Made by a program: the position numbers and the translations under genes. The notes under the pieces were generated by a model. It was not told the origin of the DNA and searched no databases. It saw nothing but the letters and a program-made list of their open reading frames with translations. Positions 30,922 to 39,979 of a stretch of 64,000 nucleotides of DNA are shown here, piece by piece. Origin of the DNA: a virus; the IMG/VR virus record IMGVR_UViG_3300025141_016305, positions 111,012 to 175,011 of that record. The stretch is one strand, 5' to 3'. Within the stretch, counting starts at the first letter, position 1. The number at the start of each line of letters is the position of its first letter.

Positions 30922-31691
30922 GTACAGTATTCTGTTTTATAAAATTTACAATATTTGCAAGAGAGCCTATTTTTAATAAAGTTTTTTCTTTCTATATTTA
31001 TAGCAGCTTTCTCTAACATTTTTAAAGAATTTTGTGTTTTTTTCTTTCCGGCAGTAACTCTATATATTTCAACATTATCTTTTTTTGCAGTTCTTTTTAG
31101 TAAAGCGAAGTGTACTTCTATATTTTTAGGATCAATATTATGTTTTTTGGAAAAATAATTCTTATAATACACTAACTGATATGTTGTCATTGGAGCTGAT
31201 TTTCTTCTACTATCCCAACCCCAGGAGCATGTTTTCCAATCAATAATGTGGTATTTACCATCAGATGTCTTTAAGACCAAATCAATAAAGCCTTTAAATT
31301 TTCTACCACAAGACTCCACTTCATCTATATCTTCTAAAATCTCTTCTTCAACAGAAACAACAGCATAATCTCCAAAAACCTTTTTTAATTCTGGAAGTAT
31401 AAGATTTGAAAGCAATTTACTTTGTATTTTCATTTCTCTTATCAATTTTTGGTTCAGGTCGCAATCTAAAATTGATAGTTCTTCTTCAAACTTTTTTAGA
31501 AAAAAGCCGTATTTATCTTCTATGTCCTTATTTACGATATTTTCACAAAGATAATGTATAGCTGTGCCAAAGGCGGTATATTCATTACCAGAAAAATAAG
31601 GTAATTTATCGATATGAATTAATTTATGTCTGTATGGACACTCTGTCCAGTTTTTCAATTCTGAAAAACTTATTCTTTTTATTTCTTTCAC
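30918..31691 (-). CDS. PD-(D/E)XK nuclease (Cas4/RecB-like) with a 4-Cys site
   Basis: ISFSEL..ECP, FGTAIH, GFIDLV, IIDWKT, QL..Y, CKYCKF...C. Confidence 0.88.
   Translation of the reverse strand: MKEIKRISFSELKNWTECPYRHKLIHIDKLPYFSGNEYTAFGTAIHYLCENIVNKDIEDKYGFFLKKFEEELSILDCDLNQKLIREMKIQSKLLSNLILPELKKVFGDYAVVSVEEEILEDIDEVESCGRKFKGFIDLVLKTSDGKYHIIDWKTCSWGWDSRRKSAPMTTYQLVYYKNYFSKKHNIDPKNIEVHFALLKRTAKKDNVEIYRVTAGKKKTQNSLKMLEKAAINIERKNFIKNRLSCKYCKFYKTEYCT
30934..31042 (-). repeat. Direct repeat copy 1, within the nuclease 3' end
   Basis: Matches 30094-30202 with 3 synonymous third-position differences. Confidence 0.95.
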
Positions 31692-32158
31692 GAACTCTCT
31701 TTTGTTTTGTTACTAATATTTTTCATCTTATCACGAATTGATCTAGATGTCGAGGCTTTTTTTGTGGATGGTCTTCTTCGTCGTGGTCGAGGGGGAGGTG
31801 TAGGTATTGTAGTTTCTTCTTTCTCTTTAGTTTTGGTTTTAAGCTGAGGTTCCTCTTCTTTTTTTGAAGGGGTTTCTATTGAATTTTTCTTTTTGGTTTC
31901 AAGTTCTATCTGAACAACCCATGTTCCAATTTGTTTGATGCCACTGCGAATTGAATTGCCTACAGCATTTTTCGGTCTGGAAATTATTCTTGACACTTTA
32001 TAGTTTTTACTTGCAATCTTTATTATATCTTTATCGTTTAAAATTATTGTTGGATTTATAATAAAGTCTCTCACCTCTGTGTGAATAGTGATCTTTAGTT
32101 CGTCTCCGTTTAATTCTTCAATTACCTTCCTAATCACCGGTATCAACTCCATCCTCAA
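31688..32158 (-). CDS. Hypothetical protein with basic low-complexity tail
   Basis: 156 aa ORF; true start probably slightly downstream. Confidence 0.6.
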   Translation of the reverse strand: MRMELIPVIRKVIEELNGDELKITIHTEVRDFIINPTIILNDKDIIKIASKNYKVSRIISRPKNAVGNSIRSGIKQIGTWVVQIELETKKKNSIETPSKKEEEPQLKTKTKEKEETTIPTPPPRPRRRRPSTKKASTSRSIRDKMKNISNKTKESS

Positions 32159-32810
32159 AAGATAAATTTAAAATCTTTTGATATAAGACAGGACTGATGG
32201 ATTTCAATCTGCCTACATCTTTAGATATGAAGAAAGACTCAAAACCATTTGCAAAATATTCTCTAAGTGAGGTAGCTGCGTAAGGGGAGTAGAATAAATT
32301 TGCAGTCAAACTTGATAAAGTGGGATACCCTATTTCGCGGTACAAAAAATCATCAAACTCAAAAGAGAAATCAGTTTCTAAGAAATCATCTAAATCAACA
32401 CTAACACCTTTTCTATCCAATATTGTCCATAATTTTTTTCTTTTTCTTATAAACTCGTTTGCAATCTTTTGATCAGAATATATATAAAAAGCATTTGCAT
32501 CCTCAATTGAGTGTGCTATTTCATGAGCCAAATCATCAACCATGTCTTCAACTGAATCTTGCTCATTTGTTATAAAAATAGATGAATTTTCATACATAGC
32601 TTGAACATTTCTTTGCAATAAAAAATCAAACTCCCCAACGTAAATAGAATCAACGTTGGCCAACAAAAAAGAAGGAATAGATTCTTTTATTTTCATAAGC
32701 ACTTCCTGGATCGAAACATTGTTTGTTATCGCATCCTTTATAAAGACCTCAATCCCAAGAAAAGTAAAATGAATAGGTTTTTTATTTTTTATATAATTCT
32801 TAAGACTCAT
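32130..32810 (-). CDS. Putative HExxH zinc metallopeptidase
   Basis: LAHEIAH and downstream SLREYFANGFE. Confidence 0.65.
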   Translation of the reverse strand: MSLKNYIKNKKPIHFTFLGIEVFIKDAITNNVSIQEVLMKIKESIPSFLLANVDSIYVGEFDFLLQRNVQAMYENSSIFITNEQDSVEDMVDDLAHEIAHSIEDANAFYIYSDQKIANEFIRKRKKLWTILDRKGVSVDLDDFLETDFSFEFDDFLYREIGYPTLSSLTANLFYSPYAATSLREYFANGFESFFISKDVGRLKSISPVLYQKILNLSFEDGVDTGD

Positions 32811-33075
32811 CTTCTTGATTCCGAGTAGTTATATTGTTCTTAACATATTCCACGTCAGTTAAAGCCTGTGTGTATCCATTGACCCAGTTTTCTTCTGCCA
32901 CCGCTAATAAAAATTCTGGGAATTGTTCTGCAAAAATGCTGATAACACTTTCAACAGTTACTTCATCGTTTTCGGGATTTGTCTTTTCACCAACATAATT
33001 AACAATTATTTCTTTTAATTCAGATTCAGTTGGAATAACCTCTTTTTGTAAATCAGAATTCTTTATCTCTGTCAT
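32800..33075 (-). CDS. Hypothetical protein
   Basis: 91 aa, coupled to phoH. Confidence 0.65.
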   Translation of the reverse strand: MTEIKNSDLQKEVIPTESELKEIIVNYVGEKTNPENDEVTVESVISIFAEQFPEFLLAVAEENWVNGYTQALTDVEYVKNNITTRNQEDES

Positions 33076-34382
33076 AATTTTGTTGCCGCAATAGTTGCTA
33101 CTTGCGATCGTTCTCCTTTCATCAGTGTAATGTGTCCTGTTATTTGTTCCTGTTTAAGCCTCTCTACCACGTATGAGAGTCCGTTATTCGTTTCATCTAT
33201 ATACATGTTGTCAATTTGTTCAATATCCCCTGTGAGGACAATCTTGGTACCTTCTCCGACCCTTGTTAAAACCGTTTTAATCTCATGCTGGGTCATATTT
33301 TGTACTTCGTCGATAATAATGAACGCGTTTGATATGGACCTACCTCGGATAAATGTCATCGCCTCTACTTCGATTTTTCCTTGATCCATATACATAGCCA
33401 ATGTGGTTTTATCATCGCCCATCAAAAATTGTAAATTATCTTGTATTGGCGCCAGCCATGGCAACATCTTCTCTTCCATGGAACCTGGGAGGAAACCAAT
33501 ATCCTTTCCCATTGGTTCAACCGGCTTGGTTACAACTACTTTTTTATAGGTCGCGCCTTTGCCGAAAGTCTGCTCTAACCCAGCTGCTAAAGCCAAGAGA
33601 GTTTTTCCAGAGCCGGCTTTACCCACCAAAGAAACAACTGGGATCTTGCTGTTCAACAGCAAATCGAATGCAAATTGCTGCTCTTTATTTCTTGGGTAAG
33701 TTCCCCAGATTCCTTTTGTTGATTTTGCTATTCTATCCAAAGGAGATAAGCTATTGATATATTTTGCCAAGGCAGTTTTTTTGTCATTTGAATTCGAGAT
33801 AAGCATAACAAACTGATTTGGGGAAAGATTATATTCATCTCCTAAAAATACTTCCTCATCTTCATAAAAACTATTTATTATCTGCTCATCTACTAATATT
33901 TCAGTTTTTCCGGAAAACAAACCATCAGAACTTTCCAAAACCTGTTCACCATGATAATCCTCAGTGAGGAGACCTAGAGCATCACACTTAACTCTCATAT
34001 TAATATCTCGGGAAACAACAATAACTTTTCTCGGCTTATTTTCCTCTTGGACAGATAAAGCCGTTGCAAGAATTTGATTATCGGAATCCTCCAGGTCTAA
34101 ATCATCAGGAAGACAAAAGGGGTTATAAGAACTAACTCTCAATATGCCCTTTCCTTTTCCCATTCTTACGCCTTTTGAAAGATTACCTCCAGATCTGAAT
34201 GCATCTAAACGGCGTATTATCTCTCTAGCTTGAGATCCTACAGAATCTTGTCTTTTTTTATGTTTGTCTATTTCGTCTAGTATTTTTAAAGGTATGACAA
34301 TATCATTATTGCCAAATGTATTGATCGCCGCGGCGCTTGTTAAATACACATTAGTGTCGAGAACGTATGTTTTTTTAGCCAA
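33072..34382 (-). CDS. phoH: PIN-PhoH (PhoH2/YlaK-type) protein
   Basis: YVLDTNV, DNQIL, VSRDINMRVK (PIN); GKAGSGKT, IGFLPG, RGRS, IDEVQN, TRVG, GDIEQID. Confidence 0.95.
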   Translation of the reverse strand: MAKKTYVLDTNVYLTSAAAINTFGNNDIVIPLKILDEIDKHKKRQDSVGSQAREIIRRLDAFRSGGNLSKGVRMGKGKGILRVSSYNPFCLPDDLDLEDSDNQILATALSVQEENKPRKVIVVSRDINMRVKCDALGLLTEDYHGEQVLESSDGLFSGKTEILVDEQIINSFYEDEEVFLGDEYNLSPNQFVMLISNSNDKKTALAKYINSLSPLDRIAKSTKGIWGTYPRNKEQQFAFDLLLNSKIPVVSLVGKAGSGKTLLALAAGLEQTFGKGATYKKVVVTKPVEPMGKDIGFLPGSMEEKMLPWLAPIQDNLQFLMGDDKTTLAMYMDQGKIEVEAMTFIRGRSISNAFIIIDEVQNMTQHEIKTVLTRVGEGTKIVLTGDIEQIDNMYIDETNNGLSYVVERLKQEQITGHITLMKGERSQVATIAATKL

Positions 34383-34410
34383 AAAAATATCCTTTTTTGA
34401 TATAGTATCA

Positions 34411-34584
34411 CTAATAATTAGGTTTTTTAGCTATTTTTATCCACTCAGTTGGAATCTTTATATATTTTGGTTTTTGTTTCTTTGGTGCTAAAATAGTTGA
34501 TTTTTCAATAGGTTTTTCAATTTTCCCGCTTGTGTGAGGGCATGGGGCTGAAAGTATTAAAAGTATCATATACGCAGTAATCAT
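34411..34584 (-). CDS. Small 57-aa protein with hydrophobic N-terminus (not in ORF track)
   Basis: AGGAG SD; MITAYMILLILSAPCPH...KKPNY*. Confidence 0.5.
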   Translation of the reverse strand: MITAYMILLILSAPCPHTSGKIEKPIEKSTILAPKKQKPKYIKIPTEWIKIAKKPNY

Positions 34585-34635
34585 GAGAGTTCTCCTAAAT
34601 TAAAAATTATTTTGTGGTATATTTAATATATAAGT

Positions 34636-35394
34636 ATGAACACAAAAACCAAAAAACTAACTTTATTAATGTTTTTTTCCATCTTCCTGGCTAGTTGTCC
34701 AACTGCTAGCAGTGTTGGTGCAAATAAAAAAATCAATCCACCTACCTACAGCTTTGTAAAAGTCTTCAACGAGCTTCAAATAGAAGAATGCAAAGGAGAT
34801 AAAGATGAACGCGGTAAAGAATGCCCTGTTGGGTTTTATTTTTCCACCGGGAGTGGCATGGCTGCAGATGTAGTCGAAAATGAAATGATTGTTTTAACAG
34901 CTGGGCATGTTTGTGAGGCAAAGCTTAACCCTTTTATAACGAAATACACTTTGACAATAACCGTTATGGGACATGATGGTAGAAAACACCAATCTCATAT
35001 AATAAAATCCTCTTTTGACAATTCAAAAGGAGATCCAGATATGTGTGCCCTATATGTTCCGACTTTAAGAATCAAAAAAGTGCAGATTTCTGGGAGGCCT
35101 CCTCAAATAGGAGACGAGATATATTATATCGGGGCGCCCATGGGAGTTTATCATAACCCAGTTGCTCCGATCTTCAGAGGAATATATAGCGGAATAATTG
35201 ACCCGTCATCAGCACTAGTAACTGCTCCAGCTGCAGGAGGCTCTTCTGGTTCTTCTGTTTTAAACCAAAATAACAGAATTATTGGAATCTTATATGCTAC
35301 TCATCCCGGGTTTCATCATGTTACTGTTATGACAAATTATTATGCTACACTGTTGTTTTTAAATGATGTGAAAAAAGAATTCAAAAAACAATAA
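34636..35394 (+). CDS. Trypsin-like serine protease, exported/lipoprotein; the only well-supported plus-strand gene
   Basis: Signal peptide with LASC lipobox; LTAGHVC, PDMC, GGSSGS catalytic triad. Confidence 0.88.
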   Translation: MNTKTKKLTLLMFFSIFLASCPTASSVGANKKINPPTYSFVKVFNELQIEECKGDKDERGKECPVGFYFSTGSGMAADVVENEMIVLTAGHVCEAKLNPFITKYTLTITVMGHDGRKHQSHIIKSSFDNSKGDPDMCALYVPTLRIKKVQISGRPPQIGDEIYYIGAPMGVYHNPVAPIFRGIYSGIIDPSSALVTAPAAGGSSGSSVLNQNNRIIGILYATHPGFHHVTVMTNYYATLLFLNDVKKEFKKQ

Positions 35395-35403
35395 AATTAT
35401 TTT

Positions 35404-35577
35404 CTATTTTATACCGCGAACATTAGGGTAGTTGCTTGCAAACCAGTCGCAAGTTTCTTTTAATGATTCTTTAAAATTAGTATATTTACATTCATATCCC
35501 ATCGATCTTAACAATGAATTACTAGATGGCTTTCTTTGTTGTCCTGTTGGTTTCGAGGTGTCCCAAACTTTTTTCAT
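35404..35577 (-). pseudogene. C-terminal fragment of GDP-L-fucose synthase (Fcl/WcaG), 57 aa
   Basis: MKKVWDTSKPTGQQRKPSSNSLL...FKESLKETCDWFASNYPNVRG*; in-frame stop just upstream. Confidence 0.65.
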
Positions 35578-35597
35578 TATATTTTAAAAACTTAGAA

Positions 35598-35768
35598 TCA
35601 ATATTCCGCTTGATTATAAGTGTTTAGTATCTCTTTTTTCTTTTTTATAATTATCTCTAAGCGCTTGGCAAAATGAATTTTATTACCCCTCTTTGCCTGA
35701 GATATTGTTTTCTCTAAATGCACTATATCTTCTCTTATTTTTCTTATCTTATTTGAGTTCATACTCAT
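35598..35768 (-). CDS. Small basic protein, 56 aa (not in ORF track)
   Basis: MSMNSNKIRKIREDIVHLEKTISQAKRG...QAEY*; fills the gap in operon orientation. Confidence 0.45.
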   Translation of the reverse strand: MSMNSNKIRKIREDIVHLEKTISQAKRGNKIHFAKRLEIIIKKKKEILNTYNQAEY

Positions 35769-35773
35769 GATAT

Positions 35774-36100
35774 TTATTCATCCTCCACTTCATGATATTC
35801 GACATAAACTTTATATCTCATAGATATCGAGTCAATGCCGCCGCCAGGCGGCGGAGACGATGGCGCAAAATACACATTCTTAACAGCATCATCTTCCATT
35901 AAACTTATTATAAAATCAAAAGAGATTACTCTTACTGTAAATCTATAAGTGTTAACTGCTTTTCTAAATTTTTTATGATTTGAAAATCCAACAAGGTATT
36001 GGTTTATACTTTCCATGTGAGTCCGCAATACCTCCATAGACTCGGCTTCTGTAAGTGCGCGCCACTTAATATCGTCTTCGCTCTTGTTTTCTGTGGCCAT
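35774..36100 (-). CDS. Hypothetical protein
   Basis: 108 aa ORF, co-oriented. Confidence 0.6.
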   Translation of the reverse strand: MATENKSEDDIKWRALTEAESMEVLRTHMESINQYLVGFSNHKKFRKAVNTYRFTVRVISFDFIISLMEDDAVKNVYFAPSSPPPGGGIDSISMRYKVYVEYHEVEDE

Positions 36101-36103
36101 GGT

Positions 36104-36280
36104 CTAATCTCTCTGAGATTTCAATATTAAAGCTCTCAATTCTTTCAATTCTTTTATTGCTGTCATAGAATTTTTGCGTACGCGGCGGCCGGCTGAAACA
36201 TTCCCGTCCTCAGATTTTTCTGCGTCCAGTGCAGAACTCTGCAATATATCAATAATTTCTGCTAATTTTTCGTTAATCAT
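36104..36280 (-). CDS. Histone H1-like (Hc1-family) small protein, 58 aa (not in ORF track)
   Basis: AGGAG SD; ...DAEKSEDGNVSAGRRVRKNSMTAIKELKELR matches the Hc1 GN.xAG.R.RK pattern. Confidence 0.7.
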   Translation of the reverse strand: MINEKLAEIIDILQSSALDAEKSEDGNVSAGRRVRKNSMTAIKELKELRALILKSQRD

Positions 36281-36638
36281 GACTTTCTCCTTCTATTCTG
36301 TTGTAATCGTCACTATATCTAATTATATCCTCTTCCTGAAAAGTTTCCCCTGTCTGGACTTCTACAAATATTAAACACTGATTTTTGTTTGTATTTTCGA
36401 TTCTATGTTTTGTTCCTTTGGGTATGCTTATGATGCTACCGTATTTTACTGGACTCTTCTTGTCATCGATGGTAACTTCTCCATAACCTGAGACAACTAC
36501 CCAAATTTCATTTCTCTTTTTATGAGATTGATAGCTGATTCTATGACTAGGATTAATAATTATTCTTTTTAATTTATATTGAAGCTCATCCAAAAGTACT
36601 TCATAAGTTCCCCACGGTCGATGAATATGATTTGGCAT
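36273..36638 (-). CDS. Cupin, mannose-6-phosphate isomerase type II C-terminal-like
   Basis: RPWG.Y, SYQSHKKRNEIW, HRIEN, EVQTG..EEDIIRYSDDYNR. Confidence 0.88.
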   Translation of the reverse strand: MPNHIHRPWGTYEVLLDELQYKLKRIIINPSHRISYQSHKKRNEIWVVVSGYGEVTIDDKKSPVKYGSIISIPKGTKHRIENTNKNQCLIFVEVQTGETFQEEDIIRYSDDYNRIEGESHD

Positions 36639-36660
36639 TTTTCCCTTTTATATTTTGTTT

Positions 36661-36737
36661 TGGTGGGCCTCCGCGGACTTGAACCGCGAACCTGCCGGTT
36701 ATGAGCCGGATGCTCTAACCTATTGAGCTAGAGGCCC
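36661..36737 (-). tRNA. tRNA-Ile2 (anticodon CAU, lysidine-modified) with encoded CCA
   Basis: GGGCCTCTAGCTCAATAGGTTAGAGCATCCGGCT-CAT-AACCGGCAGGTTCGCGGTTCAAGTCCGCGGAGGCCCACCA; C4-G69/C5-G68 pairs; adjacent tilS. Confidence 0.92.
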
Positions 36738-36758
36738 GATACTTATTTATACCAAACA

Positions 36759-37361
36759 TTACTTATAAATTTCAATTAATTTTTTTCTAATTGTTGTCCT
36801 CAGCCCGGGATTGACCACTAATACTTGAGGTAAAATATTTATTCTTGTATGATTTCTCATAAAATTTAAATGAGAATTAGAAGGGTCTTGAATCCAAGAA
36901 ACTTTTTTTTTAATTGCATAATCTTTTATCGTTTTTTTATTTGTCATCAAAAACGGTCTAAAAATATTCTCACCTCTTTTATAGGGTATTAGACGGCCAT
37001 GGCCATGCAAACTTGACATAATCCAAGTTTCTACGCAATCATCGAGGTGATGACAAGTAATAATAAACCTACTACCAAGATTGTTGAGGAAATCATATCT
37101 TTCGTCTCTCCAAAACTCTTCTAAAGAACGCTTGCCTTTAACTCCATTGACCCTACCAATAATTAGTTCTAGTTTATTCTCATTTGCATAGTTTTCAACA
37201 AATTCTTGAGCTTTTTGCGAATGATTCGTGTCATGATTAAAGTAAGCTAATTTTATTCTTCTTTTTCCCTGCTTGAGAAAATGAGCGAAAACCATCGAAT
37301 CAATGCCGCCAGAACATGCAATAGTTACATTTCTAGGGATTTTTCCAATTATACGTATCAT
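36759..37361 (-). CDS. tilS: tRNA(Ile)-lysidine synthetase, minimal form (catalytic domain only)
   Basis: ACSGGIDSM PP-loop, FNH, RDERYDFL, TCHHLDD.VET, RPFL, WIQDPSN..RN.TR. Confidence 0.9.
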   Translation of the reverse strand: MIRIIGKIPRNVTIACSGGIDSMVFAHFLKQGKRRIKLAYFNHDTNHSQKAQEFVENYANENKLELIIGRVNGVKGKRSLEEFWRDERYDFLNNLGSRFIITCHHLDDCVETWIMSSLHGHGRLIPYKRGENIFRPFLMTNKKTIKDYAIKKKVSWIQDPSNSHLNFMRNHTRINILPQVLVVNPGLRTTIRKKLIEIYK

Positions 37362-37393
37362 ACTTTATATGATATAAGATTGCTTTAAAAAAA

Positions 37394-37612
37394 TCAAGCT
37401 TTTCTTTTGTCTGCGTGTTCTTTTCCTTTTTTCAACCATTCATGAGTTGCGTCAAGATTTAAGTGTTTTGGAATCTCGACCATAGGCAAAAATCCATGAA
37501 CCAAGAAAAAAGCAGATCGGTATAAAAAACCAAGTCCCAAAGATCCAGCAAACTTAAGATGAGAGATATAAGTTTCATTATTTTCCTTAAGGTGCTTCAT
37601 ATTATTAAACAT
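37394..37612 (-). CDS. Small DUF6356-like protein
   Basis: HLKENNETYISHLKFA...VHGFLP. Confidence 0.6.
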   Translation of the reverse strand: MFNNMKHLKENNETYISHLKFAGSLGLGFLYRSAFFLVHGFLPMVEIPKHLNLDATHEWLKKGKEHADKRKA

Positions 37613-37650
37613 CTCCCAACAAGAGAAAAGTTGGTGGAGAGGGTGGGTTT
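37612..37650 (-). repeat. Remnant of a tmRNA/tRNA 3' end
   Basis: GAAACCCACCCTCTCCACCAACTTTTCTCTTGTTGGGAG; CTCCACCAACTTTTCT is identical to the tmRNA 3' end and its trailer. Confidence 0.75.
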
Positions 37651-37651
37651 C

Positions 37652-38638
37652 TTACCAGGTAGAGAGAGCAGACCGCTTCCAAGTATTTGTCGCGACACAA
37701 ACATAGACATAGTTTGTATCCCAGCAAATCATCCCGGCTGTGCCTGTGGCTGTGGCGCTAGCTGGAGTTTGCGAATCTCTGAGTCTTATCGCGTCTGCGT
37801 CGATATCCAACACTTCTGTCGGAGAGGTTGTGCCAATACCGACCTTTGGCGCGCCATAAGCATCATATTTAAATGTCATAACATCTATAGGAGTACCGGT
37901 TGGGGCTTGTTGAATTACAAGATTGTTTGAATCATTGTGCAAAGCCCAATCTACAAATCCGTGCCTATCGTTTTGGAGGACAATCCAATTTTCACCATCG
38001 TTTCGGGAATGGACCGACAATATTCCGTTACCATAGTTGTTGAATGAGTTGATCGACACTGTTTCACCAAACGTATGTGTAGTTCCATCTTCAGAGGTTA
38101 TATGAAGACTAGATTCGGTACCATCTAGTTCTTGAGAACTCCACAAAGCAACCTGACCATCGGTAGGAGCATATACCTCTTTAACGGATATCGAATCAAT
38201 TGAAAAAGCGGTGGAAGAACCTATTGAGCTTATCTCTAGAGACGTGCCGCCGGCCTTTATCAGTTGGGTATATGTATTTGCGCCGTTCCCACCAATGTAT
38301 GTTGGCGAAGTACTTGGCGAAACATTGCCAAGCTTCACCATCATATTTGAAGCAGTTGTTACGTTGCTGATTGTGAATTGAATTAAGTACAAGGTACCAG
38401 ATGATACCCCCGACAATGTTTGGGTTAAAGCGCTGTACGTGTAACCAGAACCGGCGGACTTAGTTAATTTTCCGGAGTCATAAGCCCAATCAGTCCCTAA
38501 CGACCAACTGCTAGCATCACTATCAAAAGTCCCATTTGTGACCAGTTCGGTACCTAAATCGGTTGTACCAAGCTTTATACTTTTTGTAATTGCTTCTGAC
38601 CAACCTATTTGTTCTACATCTAGTTTTGCTCTAGCCAT
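37652..38638 (-). CDS. Putative virion fibre/decoration protein
   Basis: CBM-like 'ELVTNGTFDSD..W', fibre repeat 'KVGIGTTSP', C-terminal 'PASATATGTAG.I.WD..Y.YVC.ATNTWKR' module; Ser/Thr-rich. Confidence 0.65.
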   Translation of the reverse strand: MARAKLDVEQIGWSEAITKSIKLGTTDLGTELVTNGTFDSDASSWSLGTDWAYDSGKLTKSAGSGYTYSALTQTLSGVSSGTLYLIQFTISNVTTASNMMVKLGNVSPSTSPTYIGGNGANTYTQLIKAGGTSLEISSIGSSTAFSIDSISVKEVYAPTDGQVALWSSQELDGTESSLHITSEDGTTHTFGETVSINSFNNYGNGILSVHSRNDGENWIVLQNDRHGFVDWALHNDSNNLVIQQAPTGTPIDVMTFKYDAYGAPKVGIGTTSPTEVLDIDADAIRLRDSQTPASATATGTAGMICWDTNYVYVCVATNTWKRSALSTW

Positions 38639-38668
38639 ATTTTAATTAGTCTCCAATATTAGAAAAGT

Positions 38669-38978
<310 letters not shown>

Positions 38979-39074
38979 TTAACAGCAACCACTCTTGCAA
39001 GTGCAACACCCGCAACAGCAGCAGCAATGTTTTGAATTAAATAAATTAACCAATCTATGCAATAAACCTTTCAT
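38979..39074 (-). CDS. 31-aa Cys-rich micropeptide MKGLLHRLVNLFNSKHCCCCCGCCTCKSGCC (not in ORF track)
   Basis: AAGGGGG SD; 10 Cys using mixed TGC/TGT codons; stop codon abuts tmRNA nucleotide 1. Confidence 0.6.
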   Translation of the reverse strand: MKGLLHRLVNLFNSKHCCCCCGCCTCKSGCC

Positions 39075-39097
39075 GATAATTACCCCCTTTTAAGTAA

Positions 39098-39967
39098 TTA
39101 CCACTCTTCTGGAAAATTAGTCTTAAGAAAATTTAGTGCTCTCTCTTTTTGAGCTTGAGTTTCCCAGGAATATTCTTCGTCTCCTGTTGTTCTGGGTATT
39201 ATGTGCTCTACTTTTGAATGGGGATTAAAATCTAGCTTTAAACTTTCATCTTTTCGCACCCTATAAGACCATTCTATGTCATCTCCATAATAATGAAGCA
39301 AATCTTCGTTAAGTGGATACTTTTCCCATGCGGCTTTTTTACCTACAGTATAATTCCCGTCAAAATATTGATGTCTAGTAAAGGATTTTTGATCATATGG
39401 TAACAACATCCTCTTTGGTAGTGTCGGATGATCCCACAAAATCCAGTCCCTATATCTTTCCCCAGAAATTGTATGTTTCACATTCCAACAAAAATCCCAA
39501 TCATATCCAAATTTATTAAAACCATTGAACCAGTCTTTATCAAATTTATAATAATCATGAAAAATAACCACATTCTCATATTTTGCATTTTGCCAAATAA
39601 GATTCTTCTTTTTGGTTGTCCAACCACTCTTAATACCCGGGTGTTTTCTTTTATTTATATCTAACTTCTTTACAACATATTCTTCGGATTTTTCATCTTT
39701 TATAGAGAGTCCGTTTCTTAGTTTTAAGAAACTGTCGTCTTTAATCCAATCTGTTTGATCGTCAAAAGGGATATGTTTAACATCTCCAAAAGCATGTAGG
39801 CGGTATGCATTGCGGCCATTTTTTGGATACGGACCTCCAACTATAATGATTTCATATTCCGGAATATTCAAATTTCTTATTGAGTCCAATATCGTTAATA
39901 TCTTATCTCTCCAAGCTAAATGATTTTCATTTTCGCTAGCTACCGTTGGAAAACCAAATGTCCACAT
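39098..39967 (-). CDS. GT-A fold glycosyltransferase-like
   Basis: WTFG, YEIIIVGG, GWTTKKKN..AKYEN.V.FHDY, DDIEWS. Confidence 0.65.
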   Translation of the reverse strand: MWTFGFPTVASENENHLAWRDKILTILDSIRNLNIPEYEIIIVGGPYPKNGRNAYRLHAFGDVKHIPFDDQTDWIKDDSFLKLRNGLSIKDEKSEEYVVKKLDINKRKHPGIKSGWTTKKKNLIWQNAKYENVVIFHDYYKFDKDWFNGFNKFGYDWDFCWNVKHTISGERYRDWILWDHPTLPKRMLLPYDQKSFTRHQYFDGNYTVGKKAAWEKYPLNEDLLHYYGDDIEWSYRVRKDESLKLDFNPHSKVEHIIPRTTGDEEYSWETQAQKERALNFLKTNFPEEW

Positions 39968-39979
39968 AAACTTTATCTC

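Noticed and set aside
30918-31691. Cas4-like nuclease as part of a CRISPR-Cas system
   Set aside because: No repeat-spacer array or other cas genes were seen; solo Cas4-like nucleases are common in phages
36661-36737. tRNA-Met or tRNA-fMet assignment for the CAU tRNA
   Set aside because: It has a paired G1-C72, no run of three G-C pairs in the anticodon stem, Ile2-type C4/C5, and an adjacent tilS
37652-38638. Diversity-generating retroelement target in the fibre gene
   Set aside because: No reverse transcriptase or template/variable repeat pair was seen in the window
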